This document shows positions 20,072 to 30,311 of a stretch of 64,000 bases of DNA, one piece after another (position 1 is the stretch's first letter; each line of letters starts with the position of its first letter). The notes beneath the pieces were generated by a model. That model did not search any database. It had not been told where the DNA came from and saw only the letters and a program-made list of their open reading frames with translations. This stretch comes from Halarcobacter sp. (lineage in GTDB: Bacteria > Campylobacterota > Campylobacteria > Campylobacterales > Arcobacteraceae): NCBI GenBank assembly GCA_048571215.1, contig CP182352.1, positions 448,001-512,000 on the forward strand. Reading direction: 5' to 3'. Made by a program: the position numbers and the translations under genes.

Positions 20072-20206
20072 ATGAAAAGAACATATCAACCACATAACAC
20101 GCCAAGAAAAAGAACGCACGGTTTTAGAATCAGAATGAAAACTAAAAACGGTAGAAGAGTTATTAAAGCAAGAAGAGCTAAAGGTAGAAAGAGATTAGCT
20201 GTTTAA
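20072..20206 (+). CDS. rpmH: 50S ribosomal protein L34
   Basis: Manual translation [44 protein letters not shown]. Confidence 0.97.
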   Translation: MKRTYQPHNTPRKRTHGFRIRMKTKNGRRVIKARRAKGRKRLAV

Positions 20207-20529
20207 GCAAACAACACCGTCTAAACGATTCTAGAGATTTTAATCAACTTTATAGAAACGGCAAAAAGTGGCATACTCACTCTTTTGTCGTTTTTTTTTC
20301 TGTTGATGAAAACTTAAAACTTGCATTTGTAGCTTCAAAAAAAGTTGGAAATGCAGTAAAAAGAGCAAAAGCAAAAAGAAAACTTAGAGCTTTAACTTTG
20401 AAAAATGAGAATAGTTTAAAAAACGGTAAATATATATTTGTAGCAAAAGAGTTGGTTTTCCAAAAAAGTTTTGAGCAATTGGAAAACGATTTCAAATATG
20501 CTATGAAAAAACTTCAATTATTTAAATAG
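20194..20529 (+). CDS. rnpA: Ribonuclease P protein component (probable non-canonical ATT start)
   Basis: Manual translation [27 protein letters not shown]...[21 protein letters not shown]...YIFVAK. Sits between rpmH and yidD. Confidence 0.9.
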   Translation: MSCLSKQHRLNDSRDFNQLYRNGKKWHTHSFVVFFSVDENLKLAFVASKKVGNAVKRAKAKRKLRALTLKNENSLKNGKYIFVAKELVFQKSFEQLENDFKYAMKKLQLFK

Positions 20530-20877
20530 ATGAAAACTCTATTTAAACTCTTAATTAAATTTTATCAACGATATATATCAATAATAAGTCCTGGAAGTTG
20601 TAGATATTACCCAACATGTTCAAATTATGCCCTATGGCAGTTTGACAACAATACTTTCTTTAAGGCAATTTATTTTACAATATCACGCATATTAAAATGC
20701 AACCAACTTTTTGAGGGTGGATTTGATTACCCAGTAGTTAAGATTGTAAAGCATTCTAATATAAATTACAAAAAAATAAAAATCAAATATTGGTTGGTAC
20801 CAATTAACGATAACAAATACCTCATAGTAAAAAATCGGGAGTGGAAAAATAGTAATGAACAACATGAATCAAAATAA
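20530..20877 (+). CDS. yidD: Membrane protein insertion efficiency factor
   Basis: YQRYIS, CRYYPTCSNYA, RILKCNQLFEGGFD. Confidence 0.95.
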   Translation: MKTLFKLLIKFYQRYISIISPGSCRYYPTCSNYALWQFDNNTFFKAIYFTISRILKCNQLFEGGFDYPVVKIVKHSNINYKKIKIKYWLVPINDNKYLIVKNREWKNSNEQHESK

Positions 20878-22474
20878 TGGTATGCAAAAAAGAATGTTAA
20901 TAATGACTCTTATAGTCTTTGTATTCTTTGTAGCTTACGAATTTTTAGTATTAAAGCCTCAACAAGAGGAAAAGTTAAAACAGCAACAAGCGGCAAAACA
21001 AGAGGAAAAGAATAAAGCTCCTGAAGTTGCAAGTAAAGATATGAATACAGTTGCACCAAGTGCTGTTAAAGATGATGCGGAAAACTCAATTAGTGCACTA
21101 TCTTCAAAAGCAATTGGTTCTGCAAATATTATTACAACAATAACAACCAAAAATAATACAATTGAGATTGACAAACTAGGTAGAGTTGCACAAGTTACTC
21201 TTACTCAAAAAAAATATAAAGATACAGAAGCTCATCAAATAAAACTTTTTGAAGCTAATCAATTACGACCTTTAGAGGTTAGATTTGCAAATGCAGATAT
21301 AAATAATGAGGCTTTTAAAGTAAATTATGTATCAACATCATCAGCTATTGATGCTACAAAACAGATTCAAAAATTTTCATTGACACAAAAACTTTCAAAT
21401 TTAACATTAACAAAAAACTTTACAGTTTATCCTGATGGACACTATGATTTAAATGTTGTAACAACAAATCCAAATGAGCAGTTTTTTATTACAAATGGGT
21501 TTAGACCAAATGTATTAGCTGATATGTATGCTGATCATGGAGTTTATCTAAAATTAAATGATGGTACTATGGATTTAACATCAGATGGAAAGTTAGAAAA
21601 AGTTAAAACTTTTACTGGTATTAAATTTGTATCAAGTTTTGATAGATATTATGCAACAGTAGTTTATAATTTTAAAACATCAATGCAAGTTTCATTGATG
21701 CCAGATAAAAATAACAATCCACAAGCTTTTATTCATGCAAAAGAAAAAATCAATTTTTCTGGATATATGGGACCTAAAAACTTCAATGACTTAAAAGCTT
21801 TAAATCCTCAATTAACTGATGTTATTGAGTATGGTTGGTTTACATTTATTGCAAAACCAATGTTTAATTTCCTACAGTTTATTCAAAGTTATGTTGGAAA
21901 CTGGGGTTGGACAATTGTTATATTAACAATTCTTATTAAACTTATTTTATATCCATTATCATACAAAGGTATGGTATCTATGCAAAAACTTAAAGATTTA
22001 GCTCCAAAAATGAAAGAGATACAAGCTAAATATAAAGATGATAAACAAAAACAATCTATGCATATGATGGAACTTTATAAGAAACATGGGGCAAATCCAA
22101 TGGGTGGATGTTTACCTCTTGTTTTACAGATCCCAGTATTTTTCGCTATCTATAGAGTATTATTAAACTCTATTGAGTTAAAAGGTGCAGAGTGGATTTT
22201 ATGGGTACACGATTTAGCAGAGATGGATCCATATTATGTATTACCAGTGTTAATGGGTGCTTCAATGTTCTTACAACAAAGAATTACGCCAAATACAATG
22301 CAAGATGAGACTCAAAAGAAGATTTTCCAAATGTTACCAGTTATATTTACATTCTTCTTCTTGTGGTTCCCTGCAGGACTTACATTATACTGGTTCGTAA
22401 ATAACGTATTTACTATTGCTCAACAATATACTATTAATAAAATGTTTGAGAAAAAAAGAGCTGCAAAAAAATAG
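20855..22474 (+). CDS. yidC: Membrane protein insertase YidC
   Basis: GNWGWTIV, ANPMGGCLP, DPYYVLP, PAGLTLYW. Confidence 0.97.
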   Translation: MNNMNQNNGMQKRMLIMTLIVFVFFVAYEFLVLKPQQEEKLKQQQAAKQEEKNKAPEVASKDMNTVAPSAVKDDAENSISALSSKAIGSANIITTITTKNNTIEIDKLGRVAQVTLTQKKYKDTEAHQIKLFEANQLRPLEVRFANADINNEAFKVNYVSTSSAIDATKQIQKFSLTQKLSNLTLTKNFTVYPDGHYDLNVVTTNPNEQFFITNGFRPNVLADMYADHGVYLKLNDGTMDLTSDGKLEKVKTFTGIKFVSSFDRYYATVVYNFKTSMQVSLMPDKNNNPQAFIHAKEKINFSGYMGPKNFNDLKALNPQLTDVIEYGWFTFIAKPMFNFLQFIQSYVGNWGWTIVILTILIKLILYPLSYKGMVSMQKLKDLAPKMKEIQAKYKDDKQKQSMHMMELYKKHGANPMGGCLPLVLQIPVFFAIYRVLLNSIELKGAEWILWVHDLAEMDPYYVLPVLMGASMFLQQRITPNTMQDETQKKIFQMLPVIFTFFFLWFPAGLTLYWFVNNVFTIAQQYTINKMFEKKRAAKK

Positions 22475-22483
22475 GAGACTATT

Positions 22484-23371
22484 ATGAAAAAGTTTGAAGC
22501 TAAAACTTTAGAAGAAGCATATGAATCAGCAACTAATCACTTTAGTTGCTCGATTACAGAACTAGAAATTGAAATTATTCAGCAGCCAAGTGGTGGATTT
22601 TTAGGTTTTGGTAAAAAAAGTGCAATCATCACAGTAATTCAAAAAAATTATAGAAGAAGAGATGATAGAAGATCTAAAGAGCAAAGATTTAGAAAAAAAG
22701 ATATTAGAATAGAGGATGTTTCTAAAAAAATTGAAGATTCTAATAGAAATGTTCAAAACCATGAACACAAAAAATCTAAACAAAAAAAAGAGGAACAAAA
22801 GTTAAAAAATGTTCCAAAAGTAGAAGCAAAAGAGAAGATTTTTGATAATTTTTATAATGAATCACAACCATATAAAGAGACAAAAATTATTATAAAAAAA
22901 GATAAAGAAGAGGTTTTATCTGAGATAAAAGAGGGGCTTAATTCTTTATTTAATGAGAGTTGTTATGGTATTGAGAATATAAAAGTTGAGTATTATGATG
23001 ATACAACTGTTTATATTGAATTTACAGGTGAAGATTCTGCACTTTTAATAGGTAAAGAGGGTTATAGATACAAAGCACTTTCATATATACTATTTAATTG
23101 GATAAATGAAAGATTTGGACTAATGTTAAGACTTGAAGTAGCAGAGTTCTTGAAAAATCAAGAAGAGGCAATTCATACATATTTAGTTCCAGTTATCGAA
23201 ACCATAAAAGAAAAAGGTAGTTTCAAAACAAAACCTTTAGATGGTATTTTAGTTCATATAGCACTAAAAAAACTAAGAGAAGAGTTCCCCGATAAATATG
23301 TTGCAGTTAAGACAAATATTAAGGGAGACAAATATGTACTTGTAAATGAGTACAGAAGTAAAGAGCAATAA
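22484..23371 (+). CDS. jag: Jag/EloR family RNA-binding protein
   Basis: Jag_N (AKTLEEA, GGFLGFGKK), KH-like LLIGKEG; conserved position after yidC. Confidence 0.85.
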   Translation: MKKFEAKTLEEAYESATNHFSCSITELEIEIIQQPSGGFLGFGKKSAIITVIQKNYRRRDDRRSKEQRFRKKDIRIEDVSKKIEDSNRNVQNHEHKKSKQKKEEQKLKNVPKVEAKEKIFDNFYNESQPYKETKIIIKKDKEEVLSEIKEGLNSLFNESCYGIENIKVEYYDDTTVYIEFTGEDSALLIGKEGYRYKALSYILFNWINERFGLMLRLEVAEFLKNQEEAIHTYLVPVIETIKEKGSFKTKPLDGILVHIALKKLREEFPDKYVAVKTNIKGDKYVLVNEYRSKEQ

Positions 23372-23374
23372 AAA

Positions 23375-24718
23375 TTGTTAGATGAAGATACAATTGTAGC
23401 AATAGCTACAGCAAATGGAATAGGCTCTATTTCAATAATCAGAGTTAGTGGTAAAAACGCTTTACCAATAGCTTTGAAACTTTCTAAAAAAACTGAATTA
23501 AAACCAAGACTTGCCACATTAGCTTCAGTATATAACACTAAAAATGAAGTTATAGATGAAGCCTTACTAATCTATTTTAAAAACCCTTTTTCGTTTACTG
23601 GTGAAGATATAGTTGAGTTTCAATGTCATGGCGGTATTGCCATATCAAATATCATTATGGGTGAAGTTATAAAATGTGGTGCAAGAGTAGCCCAACCAGG
23701 TGAATTCTCAAAAAGAGCTTTTCTAAATGGTAAAATTGACCTTACAAAAGCAGAAGCAATAGCAAAAATAATAGAAGCAAGAAGTGAAGATGCTGTTAAA
23801 TTATTAGCAAAGCAATTAAAAGGTGAATTAACAAATTTTGTAAATGATATTAGAGAAGATTTACTTTTTATGTTAGCTTATACAGAGGTTAATATTGATT
23901 ATGCAGAAGATGACTTACCAGAAGATATTTTTGAGCAAATAGAAAATAAATTAGATAAAATAAAAGTAAAATTAAGTGATACTTTGGAAGCTAGTAAAAG
24001 AAGAGAAGGTCTAATAGAAGGGTTTAAAGTAGCAATAATAGGAAAACCAAATGTTGGAAAATCTTCACTTCTAAATAAACTTTTAAATTTTGATAGAGCA
24101 ATTATTTCTGATATTGCAGGAACAACTAGGGATACTATAGAAGAGTCAGTTAAAATTGGTACCCATATCATCAAAATAGTAGACACAGCAGGTATTAGAG
24201 AATCAAGTGATATCATAGAACAAATTGGAATAGAAAAGTCTATAGAGGCTATCAATGAAGCAGATATAGTGATATCTTTGTTTGATAATAGTAAAACTTG
24301 CGATATAGAAGATGAAAAGATTCTTAGCTTGCTAAAAGAAAATTCAAATAAAGAGATTATAAAAGTTCTAAATAAATCTGATTTGGAAAATCAATTTGAA
24401 ATCTCTAAACTTGAAGAGAATTATATAAACCTAAGTACAAAAGAGAATATAAATCCTTTAATTGAAAAAATTGAGAATTTACTTGACTCTAATACCCATA
24501 GTGATGATATGACACTAATTTCAAAAAGACAAGTGGATAGTGTAGACCAAACACTATTTCATATAAATGAATCAACAATCCCACTTCAAACAGGAGAGTT
24601 AGAGTTTTTTGCCTATCATATAAGTGAAGCCTTAGAAAATATGTCAAATATTACAAGACCATATGAAAATGATGAGATGCTAGATGTGATGTTTGGTGCT
24701 TTTTGTTTAGGTAAATAA
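23375..24718 (+). CDS. mnmE: tRNA modification GTPase MnmE
   Basis: SFTGED, GKPNVGKSS, AGTTRD, DTAG, FCLGK C-terminus. Confidence 0.97.
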   Translation: MLDEDTIVAIATANGIGSISIIRVSGKNALPIALKLSKKTELKPRLATLASVYNTKNEVIDEALLIYFKNPFSFTGEDIVEFQCHGGIAISNIIMGEVIKCGARVAQPGEFSKRAFLNGKIDLTKAEAIAKIIEARSEDAVKLLAKQLKGELTNFVNDIREDLLFMLAYTEVNIDYAEDDLPEDIFEQIENKLDKIKVKLSDTLEASKRREGLIEGFKVAIIGKPNVGKSSLLNKLLNFDRAIISDIAGTTRDTIEESVKIGTHIIKIVDTAGIRESSDIIEQIGIEKSIEAINEADIVISLFDNSKTCDIEDEKILSLLKENSNKEIIKVLNKSDLENQFEISKLEENYINLSTKENINPLIEKIENLLDSNTHSDDMTLISKRQVDSVDQTLFHINESTIPLQTGELEFFAYHISEALENMSNITRPYENDEMLDVMFGAFCLGK

Positions 24719-24738
24719 GTATATTATATTGCAAAATA

Positions 24739-25659
24739 TTAGTTTTTCTCAATTACTGTAATTAGTTTTTTTATTATTTCTATAACTTCAATTAGTCCTT
24801 TATAATTAAAATCATCTGGTATATCTCCATTCGTATATTTTTCAGGATTGAAACATTTAAATTCATTTGAAATAAATATGTATAGTGTATTGTTTTTGAT
24901 ACTTAATGATATATTGTTTTTAAGGTTCTTTAAAATATCAGAAACTATATTTTGATTTTGTTCATTTAATGGTTTTGATATAACTACATGGTTCTTATTT
25001 GTTAGTTTATTTGTTTCAAGTTCTTGTTTATATGAAGTAGATATTTCTTTAAATGAAGGGAATATACCTTTTTCAAAGATGTAAAGTTCTTTAATATTTG
25101 TTTGTACAGAATCTACAACAATAAATAGTCCATATTTATTAATAAAAGAGAAACTAGGATTATTTATATTATCTTGGTTTAAATAGGTAGAGGCAATTTT
25201 TGTTTTTTTATCTAAAATTAAAACAGTAAAAGACCATTTTGTTAAGAGTGAAGAGGATGCAATTGGTATATAAGAAATAGAGATATTAAATAAGTTAAAA
25301 AAATTTGAGTTTTTTGCATCTGTATTTAGTTCATTATATTGATAGAAAAAAAAATTAGCACTTTCATCGATGCATTTTAAAATTTTGGGAAAAATTTTTG
25401 TTGTTAAAATATCTTGGTATTCATATCTAAAGGCATATTTACCCACATAAAATATCATTGCAGATATAAATACAGTCATATAAAAAAAGATTATATGTAA
25501 ACCAATATATTCAGTTAATAAAAATATACCAACACTTAATGCAATAAGCGATATAGCTAATATTATAAGTTTTCTTTCTGCAGAATCTATTTTAGATTTT
25601 ATTTGAATAATATGAGGTTGAGCTATTTGAAGATATTTTTCTTTAAATTCATTATACAT
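24739..25659 (-). CDS. Hypothetical membrane protein (two N-terminal TMs)
   Basis: 306-aa ORF, very AT-rich, AGGA RBS; no recognisable family. Confidence 0.6.
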   Translation of the reverse strand: MYNEFKEKYLQIAQPHIIQIKSKIDSAERKLIILAISLIALSVGIFLLTEYIGLHIIFFYMTVFISAMIFYVGKYAFRYEYQDILTTKIFPKILKCIDESANFFFYQYNELNTDAKNSNFFNLFNISISYIPIASSSLLTKWSFTVLILDKKTKIASTYLNQDNINNPSFSFINKYGLFIVVDSVQTNIKELYIFEKGIFPSFKEISTSYKQELETNKLTNKNHVVISKPLNEQNQNIVSDILKNLKNNISLSIKNNTLYIFISNEFKCFNPEKYTNGDIPDDFNYKGLIEVIEIIKKLITVIEKN

Positions 25660-25741
25660 AATGATTGACTAATTCCTAAAAGTTTATTTATATTATTGTA
25701 TAAATCCTTTATATATAATAAATAATATAATAAAATTTAGA

Positions 25742-26118
25742 TTAAACTGCAAAATCAGAACTAGTAATTAAGCCTGCTTCTCCATTCTCTTTTAGATAAA
25801 AGCTTGATTGTTTTAACAAGGCATATTCTTGATTTACACCTTTAGAATACACAAAGTTTGAATCTGCTGCTGCAAGGTAGATAGCTCCAACTCCTGCTTG
25901 TCCTAGAGCTATTAGAGAGCCTTCTTTGTTTTCATTTTTGTCCTAGATTGGTAAACTGTTAAAAATAGAATCATTTTCATCTATCCAAGAATTTCTATCT
26001 TTATCATATGCTCTTAACTCTTCAAATCCATCGCCAGTATTTGCTTTAAATAGTTCATTCCCATTGTCTATAGTTTAATTATTATCTTTATCTAAAGCTA
26101 AAAATTCTGCTCCTTCTT
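25742..26118 (-). pseudogene. Degenerate copy of the 3' end of the 30312..31307 gene
   Basis: Colinear with 30312-30688 at offset 4570. In-frame stops TGG->TAG (25943-25945) and GGA->TAA (26075-26077). 5' part missing. Confidence 0.9.
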
Positions 26119-26142
26119 AGTTGGAAATTCCGAGGACAGTTT

Positions 26143-26299
26143 CAATGGTGTTAAGTTAAGCCAAAAGTTTCCTAAATAAGATATTTAAAATACCTAAAAA
26201 ACACTTTTTTCCTTCCTTTTTTGTTTTAATACCTTTTGTATTTTTCCCTTCTTTATTGGAGGGTCTTTTAAACTTTCTATTAGGTCTTATTTGTAAATT
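26143..26299 (-). mobile_element. IS4-like right-end remnant
   Basis: Minus-strand ORF tail NLQIRPNRKFKRPSNKEGK...RKLLA*, whose stop lies inside CTTAACTTAACACCATTG. Both resemble IS4-family transposase C-termini and TIRs (recognised from memory). Confidence 0.5.
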
Positions 26300-26330
26300 T
26301 CAAGTCTTTTTAAGGTGGCGACTCTCCCCG
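26297..26330 (+). repeat. 34-bp inverted repeat, left copy
   Basis: ATTTCAAGTCTTTTTAAGGTGGCGACTCTCCCCG; 31/34 identical to the reverse complement of 30257-30290. Confidence 0.9.
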
Positions 26331-26359
26331 TAATATCCTACCTTTGGGTGGGAGGAATT

Positions 26360-26719
26360 TTATTTAATAAACTTCTTTTGTACCTCTTCTAAACTAAGTT
26401 CCATATTCTCTTCATTTAAAAATCCATAATAATAAGTATCATTTTTATCACTTATTTCGATTATCAAAATATTTTCATTAGAATGATTTTCTACAAATTT
26501 TTCTACTGCTTCTAGTGCTGAATTTTTCCAGTATCTTTCTATTTCTGCATTATTCCCTGCATCAAAAAATAAGCAATCTTCGCACATTGAAAATAAGTAA
26601 TTTCCTGCACCTTCGTATATCTCAAAAGAGTTATTATCATTATCAAGTTTTTCATTTGTAAAAGGGCAATATAAATTAAACTTCTTATTTTCATTTGATT
26701 TTAGGGTGATTTTATTCAT
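26360..26719 (-). CDS. Hypothetical protein (acidic; YCP and CEDC motifs)
   Basis: 119-aa ORF with GAGGA RBS, followed by a GC-rich hairpin at about 26336-26358. Confidence 0.7.
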   Translation of the reverse strand: MNKITLKSNENKKFNLYCPFTNEKLDNDNNSFEIYEGAGNYLFSMCEDCLFFDAGNNAEIERYWKNSALEAVEKFVENHSNENILIIEISDKNDTYYYGFLNEENMELSLEEVQKKFIK

Positions 26720-26974
26720 CGTATATCCTCTATTTTGATTTTTGAATTATACTATTTGATTCTTTTATTTATATCAAATGGAGTTGTTTATTAATTATAC
26801 AAGTTATAAGAACAAAAAATAAAAGAAATTTTGAAATTTTCTGTATATTCCTTACCATGGGTATTAGGTATACAAAAAAAATTATTTAAAGAAACCCTCT
26901 AATTATAGCTTAAATATATTTTTGTTATTTTATTGGGTTGGGTGATATTATTTCATAGGAGGAGAGTTATTAAT

Positions 26975-28174
26975 TTGGATAAAAAGAAAAAACTCACGAT
27001 AAAAAATGTGTATAAGGTTTTTGGAGATAAACCTAAGAAGGCTTTAAAAATGCTTGAAAGTGGTTTATCAAAAGAAGAGATTTTTGAAAAAACAAATATG
27101 ACTATTGGTGTTCAAGATGCAAGTTTTGAAATCAACGAAGGTGAAATATTTGTAATTATGGGACTCTCAGGTTCAGGGAAATCAACACTAGTAAGACTGT
27201 TAAATAGACTAATAGAGCCAACTTCAGGTCAGATATTTGTTGATGAAACTGATATAACAAATTTGAATGACAAAGAATTGATTGATATAAGACGAAATAA
27301 AATTTCAATGGTATTTCAATCTTTTGCACTAATGCCACATATGAACATTATAGATAATACTTCATTTGGGCTAGAACTAAGTGGAATTAGTAAAGAAGAT
27401 AGATATAAAAAAGCACAAGCTGCACTAGATCAAGTTGGATTATCACATCATGCTTTATCTTATCCAGATGAATTAAGTGGTGGTATGCAACAAAGAGTAG
27501 GATTGGCAAGAGCTTTAGCAAATGATCCAGATATTATGCTTATGAATGAAGCTTTTTCAGCCCTGGATCCTCTTATAAGAACTGAAATGCAAGATGAACT
27601 TTTGACTCTACAAAGTGAACATCAAAGAACTATTGTATTTATTTCTCATGATTTAGATGAAGCTATTAGAATTGGTGATAGAATTGCAATTATGCAAAAT
27701 GGTGAGATATCTCAAGTGGGAACTCCTGAAGAGATTATCAATAACCCTGCAAACGATTATGTAAAATCATTTTTTAAAGGCGTTGATGTGACAACAGTTT
27801 TAACTGCATCACATATTGCTAAAAAAAATTATCCTACAATTATAAAAAAAGATGGTTTTGGAATTAATTCGGCAATTCAATATATCAATGATTATGATTT
27901 TGATTTTGCATATTATCTTACAAAAGATAATAAGTATTTAGGAGTACTTACCCTTGAAGCTTTAAAAGAACAGAAAAAAATAAATGGAAATCTAGAAGAC
28001 TCTTTAATAGAACAAGAGGTTGTAAATGAAAATGATTCTATTGCTGATTTTATAAATATTATCGCAGAATCATTTTTCCCTATTGCAGTTGTAGCTGATA
28101 ATGGGAAATATAAAGGGGTTATTTCAAAACGAACTCTATTAAAAACAATTGATGAAGGAGCTATAAATGGCTAG
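26975..28174 (+). CDS. proV: Glycine betaine/proline ABC transporter ATPase with CBS domains (Walker B D->N)
   Basis: [36 protein letters not shown]. Probable TTG start at 26975 after AGGAGGAG. Confidence 0.93.
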   Translation: MDKKKKLTIKNVYKVFGDKPKKALKMLESGLSKEEIFEKTNMTIGVQDASFEINEGEIFVIMGLSGSGKSTLVRLLNRLIEPTSGQIFVDETDITNLNDKELIDIRRNKISMVFQSFALMPHMNIIDNTSFGLELSGISKEDRYKKAQAALDQVGLSHHALSYPDELSGGMQQRVGLARALANDPDIMLMNEAFSALDPLIRTEMQDELLTLQSEHQRTIVFISHDLDEAIRIGDRIAIMQNGEISQVGTPEEIINNPANDYVKSFFKGVDVTTVLTASHIAKKNYPTIIKKDGFGINSAIQYINDYDFDFAYYLTKDNKYLGVLTLEALKEQKKINGNLEDSLIEQEVVNENDSIADFINIIAESFFPIAVVADNGKYKGVISKRTLLKTIDEGAING

Positions 28175-29243
28175 TGATCCATGGGGAAATGCTTCAACGG
28201 CACAAGCAGATAAATCATCAAGTGTTGATTGGTCACATGTTGATCCTGATACAACTTCAGTACCATCTTTTGATATAAAGAATCCTTTTGATCATAGTAT
28301 TATTCCTTTTGATTCTTGGGTAAATAGTGGAATTAATTGGATAGTAGAAAACTTTAGGGATTTCTTTATATCTGCAAAAGCACCCGTTGATGTGATTTTA
28401 AGATTTATTGAAACTTTTTTACAATCCCTTTCACCTTATGTGGTAATTGGATTTTTTGTTTTACTTGCTTTACAAGTATCTAGTAAGAAGATGGCTTTTG
28501 GAACCTTTGTTTCACTTGCTTTACAAGTATCTAGTAAGAAGATGGCTTTTGGAACCTTTGTTTCACTTGTATTTATTGGATTTATTGGTGCTTGGGATGC
28601 TAGTATGACCACTTTAGCATTGGTTATTACTTCTGTGCTCTTTTCCGTTTTAATTGGTTTACCACTTGGAATTTGGAGTGCAAAAAGTGATATGGTAGAA
28701 AAAATATTAAGACCTATTTTAGATGGTATGCAGACAACACCTGCCTTTGTATATTTAATACCTATTGTTATGTTATTTGGAATAGGAAATGTTCCAGGTG
28801 TAATAGTAACTATTATTTTTGCTTTACCTCCATTAATAAGACTTACAAATTTAGGTATTAGACAAGTACCTGCTGACTTGATTGAAGCATCTAGATCATT
28901 TGGGGCAAGTTCATCTCAAATGCTTTTTAAAGTACAACTTCCAGTTGCTATGCCTACAATTATGGCAGGGATAAATCAAACATTAATGCTTTCATTATCT
29001 ATGGTTGTAATCGCTTCAATGATTGCAGTTGGAGGATTAGGTCAAATGGTTCTACGAGGTATTGGAAGACTTGATATTGGTCTTGCAGCTGTTGGTGGTA
29101 TAGGAATTGTTATCCTAGCAGTAATACTAGATAGAATAACTCAAGAAATGGGTAAAAAAGATAAAAAGAAAAAAAATAAATGGTATGAACAAGGACCAGT
29201 TGGTTTAGTTTATAATTTAATAAAAAAGGAGAAAAAAATATGA
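28167..29243 (+). CDS. proW: Glycine betaine/proline ABC permease (with 17-aa internal duplication)
   Basis: [45 protein letters not shown]. Confidence 0.93.
   Translation: MASDPWGNASTAQADKSSSVDWSHVDPDTTSVPSFDIKNPFDHSIIPFDSWVNSGINWIVENFRDFFISAKAPVDVILRFIETFLQSLSPYVVIGFFVLLALQVSSKKMAFGTFVSLALQVSSKKMAFGTFVSLVFIGFIGAWDASMTTLALVITSVLFSVLIGLPLGIWSAKSDMVEKILRPILDGMQTTPAFVYLIPIVMLFGIGNVPGVIVTIIFALPPLIRLTNLGIRQVPADLIEASRSFGASSSQMLFKVQLPVAMPTIMAGINQTLMLSLSMVVIASMIAVGGLGQMVLRGIGRLDIGLAAVGGIGIVILAVILDRITQEMGKKDKKKKNKWYEQGPVGLVYNLIKKEKKI
28463..28569 (+). repeat. 51-bp perfect tandem duplication inside proW
   Basis: ACTTGCTTTACAAGTATCTAGTAAGAAGATGGCTTTTGGAACCTTTGTTTC at 28463 and 28514, followed by ACTTG. 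Confidence 0.97.
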
Positions 29244-30208
29244 AAAAAATATTGATTGCTTTGATTGCTATTTTTTTAACATCAAATTTATTTGGTGCTA
29301 AGGTTACATTTTTAAGAACAAGTATCGCAGAAGAAGGTTTTCAAATGTATATCGCTGCTGATATAGTGAAAAAATTGGGTTATGATGTTGAAATAACAAA
29401 TGATGTTAGTTATGAAGTTGCTTATCAAACAATAGCACAAAATGCAAAAAGCAAAGATGCTTATATTATGGCAGCGGCATGGATTCCTCTTCATAATTCA
29501 AAAATCAAAGGTGCTGGGGGAAGTAAAAAGATTGCAATCATAGGTTCATATATAAAAAATTGTGCACAAGGTTATCTAATAGATAAAAAAACAGCAGATA
29601 AATATAATATAAAATATATCAATGATTTAAAAGATCCAAAAATCGCTAAACTATTTGATTCAAATGGTGATGGGAAAGCTGACTTAACAGGTTGTTCTGC
29701 TGGTTGGGGTTGTGAAAAAGTAATTGAGTATCAATTAGACGCTTTTGGATTAAGAGATAGAATTACACATAATCAAGGAGAATATGCATCAATTATATCT
29801 GATACAATTGCAAGATATAAAAGTGGAAAACCAATTTTATATTATACTTGGACTCCATATTGGGTAAGTGGAAAATTAGTTCCTGGTAAAGATACTGTAT
29901 TTTTACAAGTGACTCATTCAGCTCATCCTGTAACAAAATCTACAAAGCTTCCAAATGGTGCTGATTATGGATTTAATGTAAATACTCAAAAATTTGCAGC
30001 AAATGCCTCTTTAGCTAAAAACTATAAAGATATTGCAAAATTATTAGAAATAATGAGATTAGATGTAAATGACATAAGTGGTGAAAATATGATTATGGAA
30101 CAAGGTCAAAATAAAGAAGCAGATATAAAAAGACATGCTCAAATGTGGCTTAAAAGTAATGCAGATAAAGTAAATAAATGGATTGCTGAAGCAAAAGAAG
30201 CTAAATAA
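29240..30208 (+). CDS. proX: Glycine betaine/proline ABC substrate-binding protein
   Basis: [43 protein letters not shown] (E. coli ProX-type). Confidence 0.93.
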   Translation: MKKILIALIAIFLTSNLFGAKVTFLRTSIAEEGFQMYIAADIVKKLGYDVEITNDVSYEVAYQTIAQNAKSKDAYIMAAAWIPLHNSKIKGAGGSKKIAIIGSYIKNCAQGYLIDKKTADKYNIKYINDLKDPKIAKLFDSNGDGKADLTGCSAGWGCEKVIEYQLDAFGLRDRITHNQGEYASIISDTIARYKSGKPILYYTWTPYWVSGKLVPGKDTVFLQVTHSAHPVTKSTKLPNGADYGFNVNTQKFAANASLAKNYKDIAKLLEIMRLDVNDISGENMIMEQGQNKEADIKRHAQMWLKSNADKVNKWIAEAKEAK

Positions 30209-30218
30209 AAACAATTAA

Positions 30219-30251
30219 TTAATTCCTACAAATTATATTTGTAGGAATTAA
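30219..30251 (+). terminator. proX terminator hairpin
   Basis: TTAATTCCTACAAAT-TAT-ATTTGTAGGAATTAA, 15-bp stem. Confidence 0.75.
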
Positions 30252-30256
30252 AAATT

Positions 30257-30290
30257 CGGGGAGAGTTGCCACCTTAAAAAAACTTCAAAT
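30257..30290 (-). repeat. 34-bp inverted repeat, right copy
   Basis: CGGGGAGAGTTGCCACCTTAAAAAAACTTCAAAT. Confidence 0.9.
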
Positions 30291-30311
30291 GTATAGTAGA
30301 AAAAAACTTTT

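Noticed and set aside
20291..20299. T9 tract in rnpA as a phase-variation site
   Set aside because: The frame is intact, the gene is essential, and A/T runs are common in this genome.
26297..26330. 34-bp repeat as a difH/Xer site or Tn3 38-bp TIR
   Set aside because: No match to difH as I recall it. It has GGGG but lacks the other Tn3 TIR features, and the GGGG faces the cargo.
28463..28569. Repeat considered as a CRISPR or mini-array
   Set aside because: Two abutting copies without a spacer, in-frame within proW, and no cas genes.
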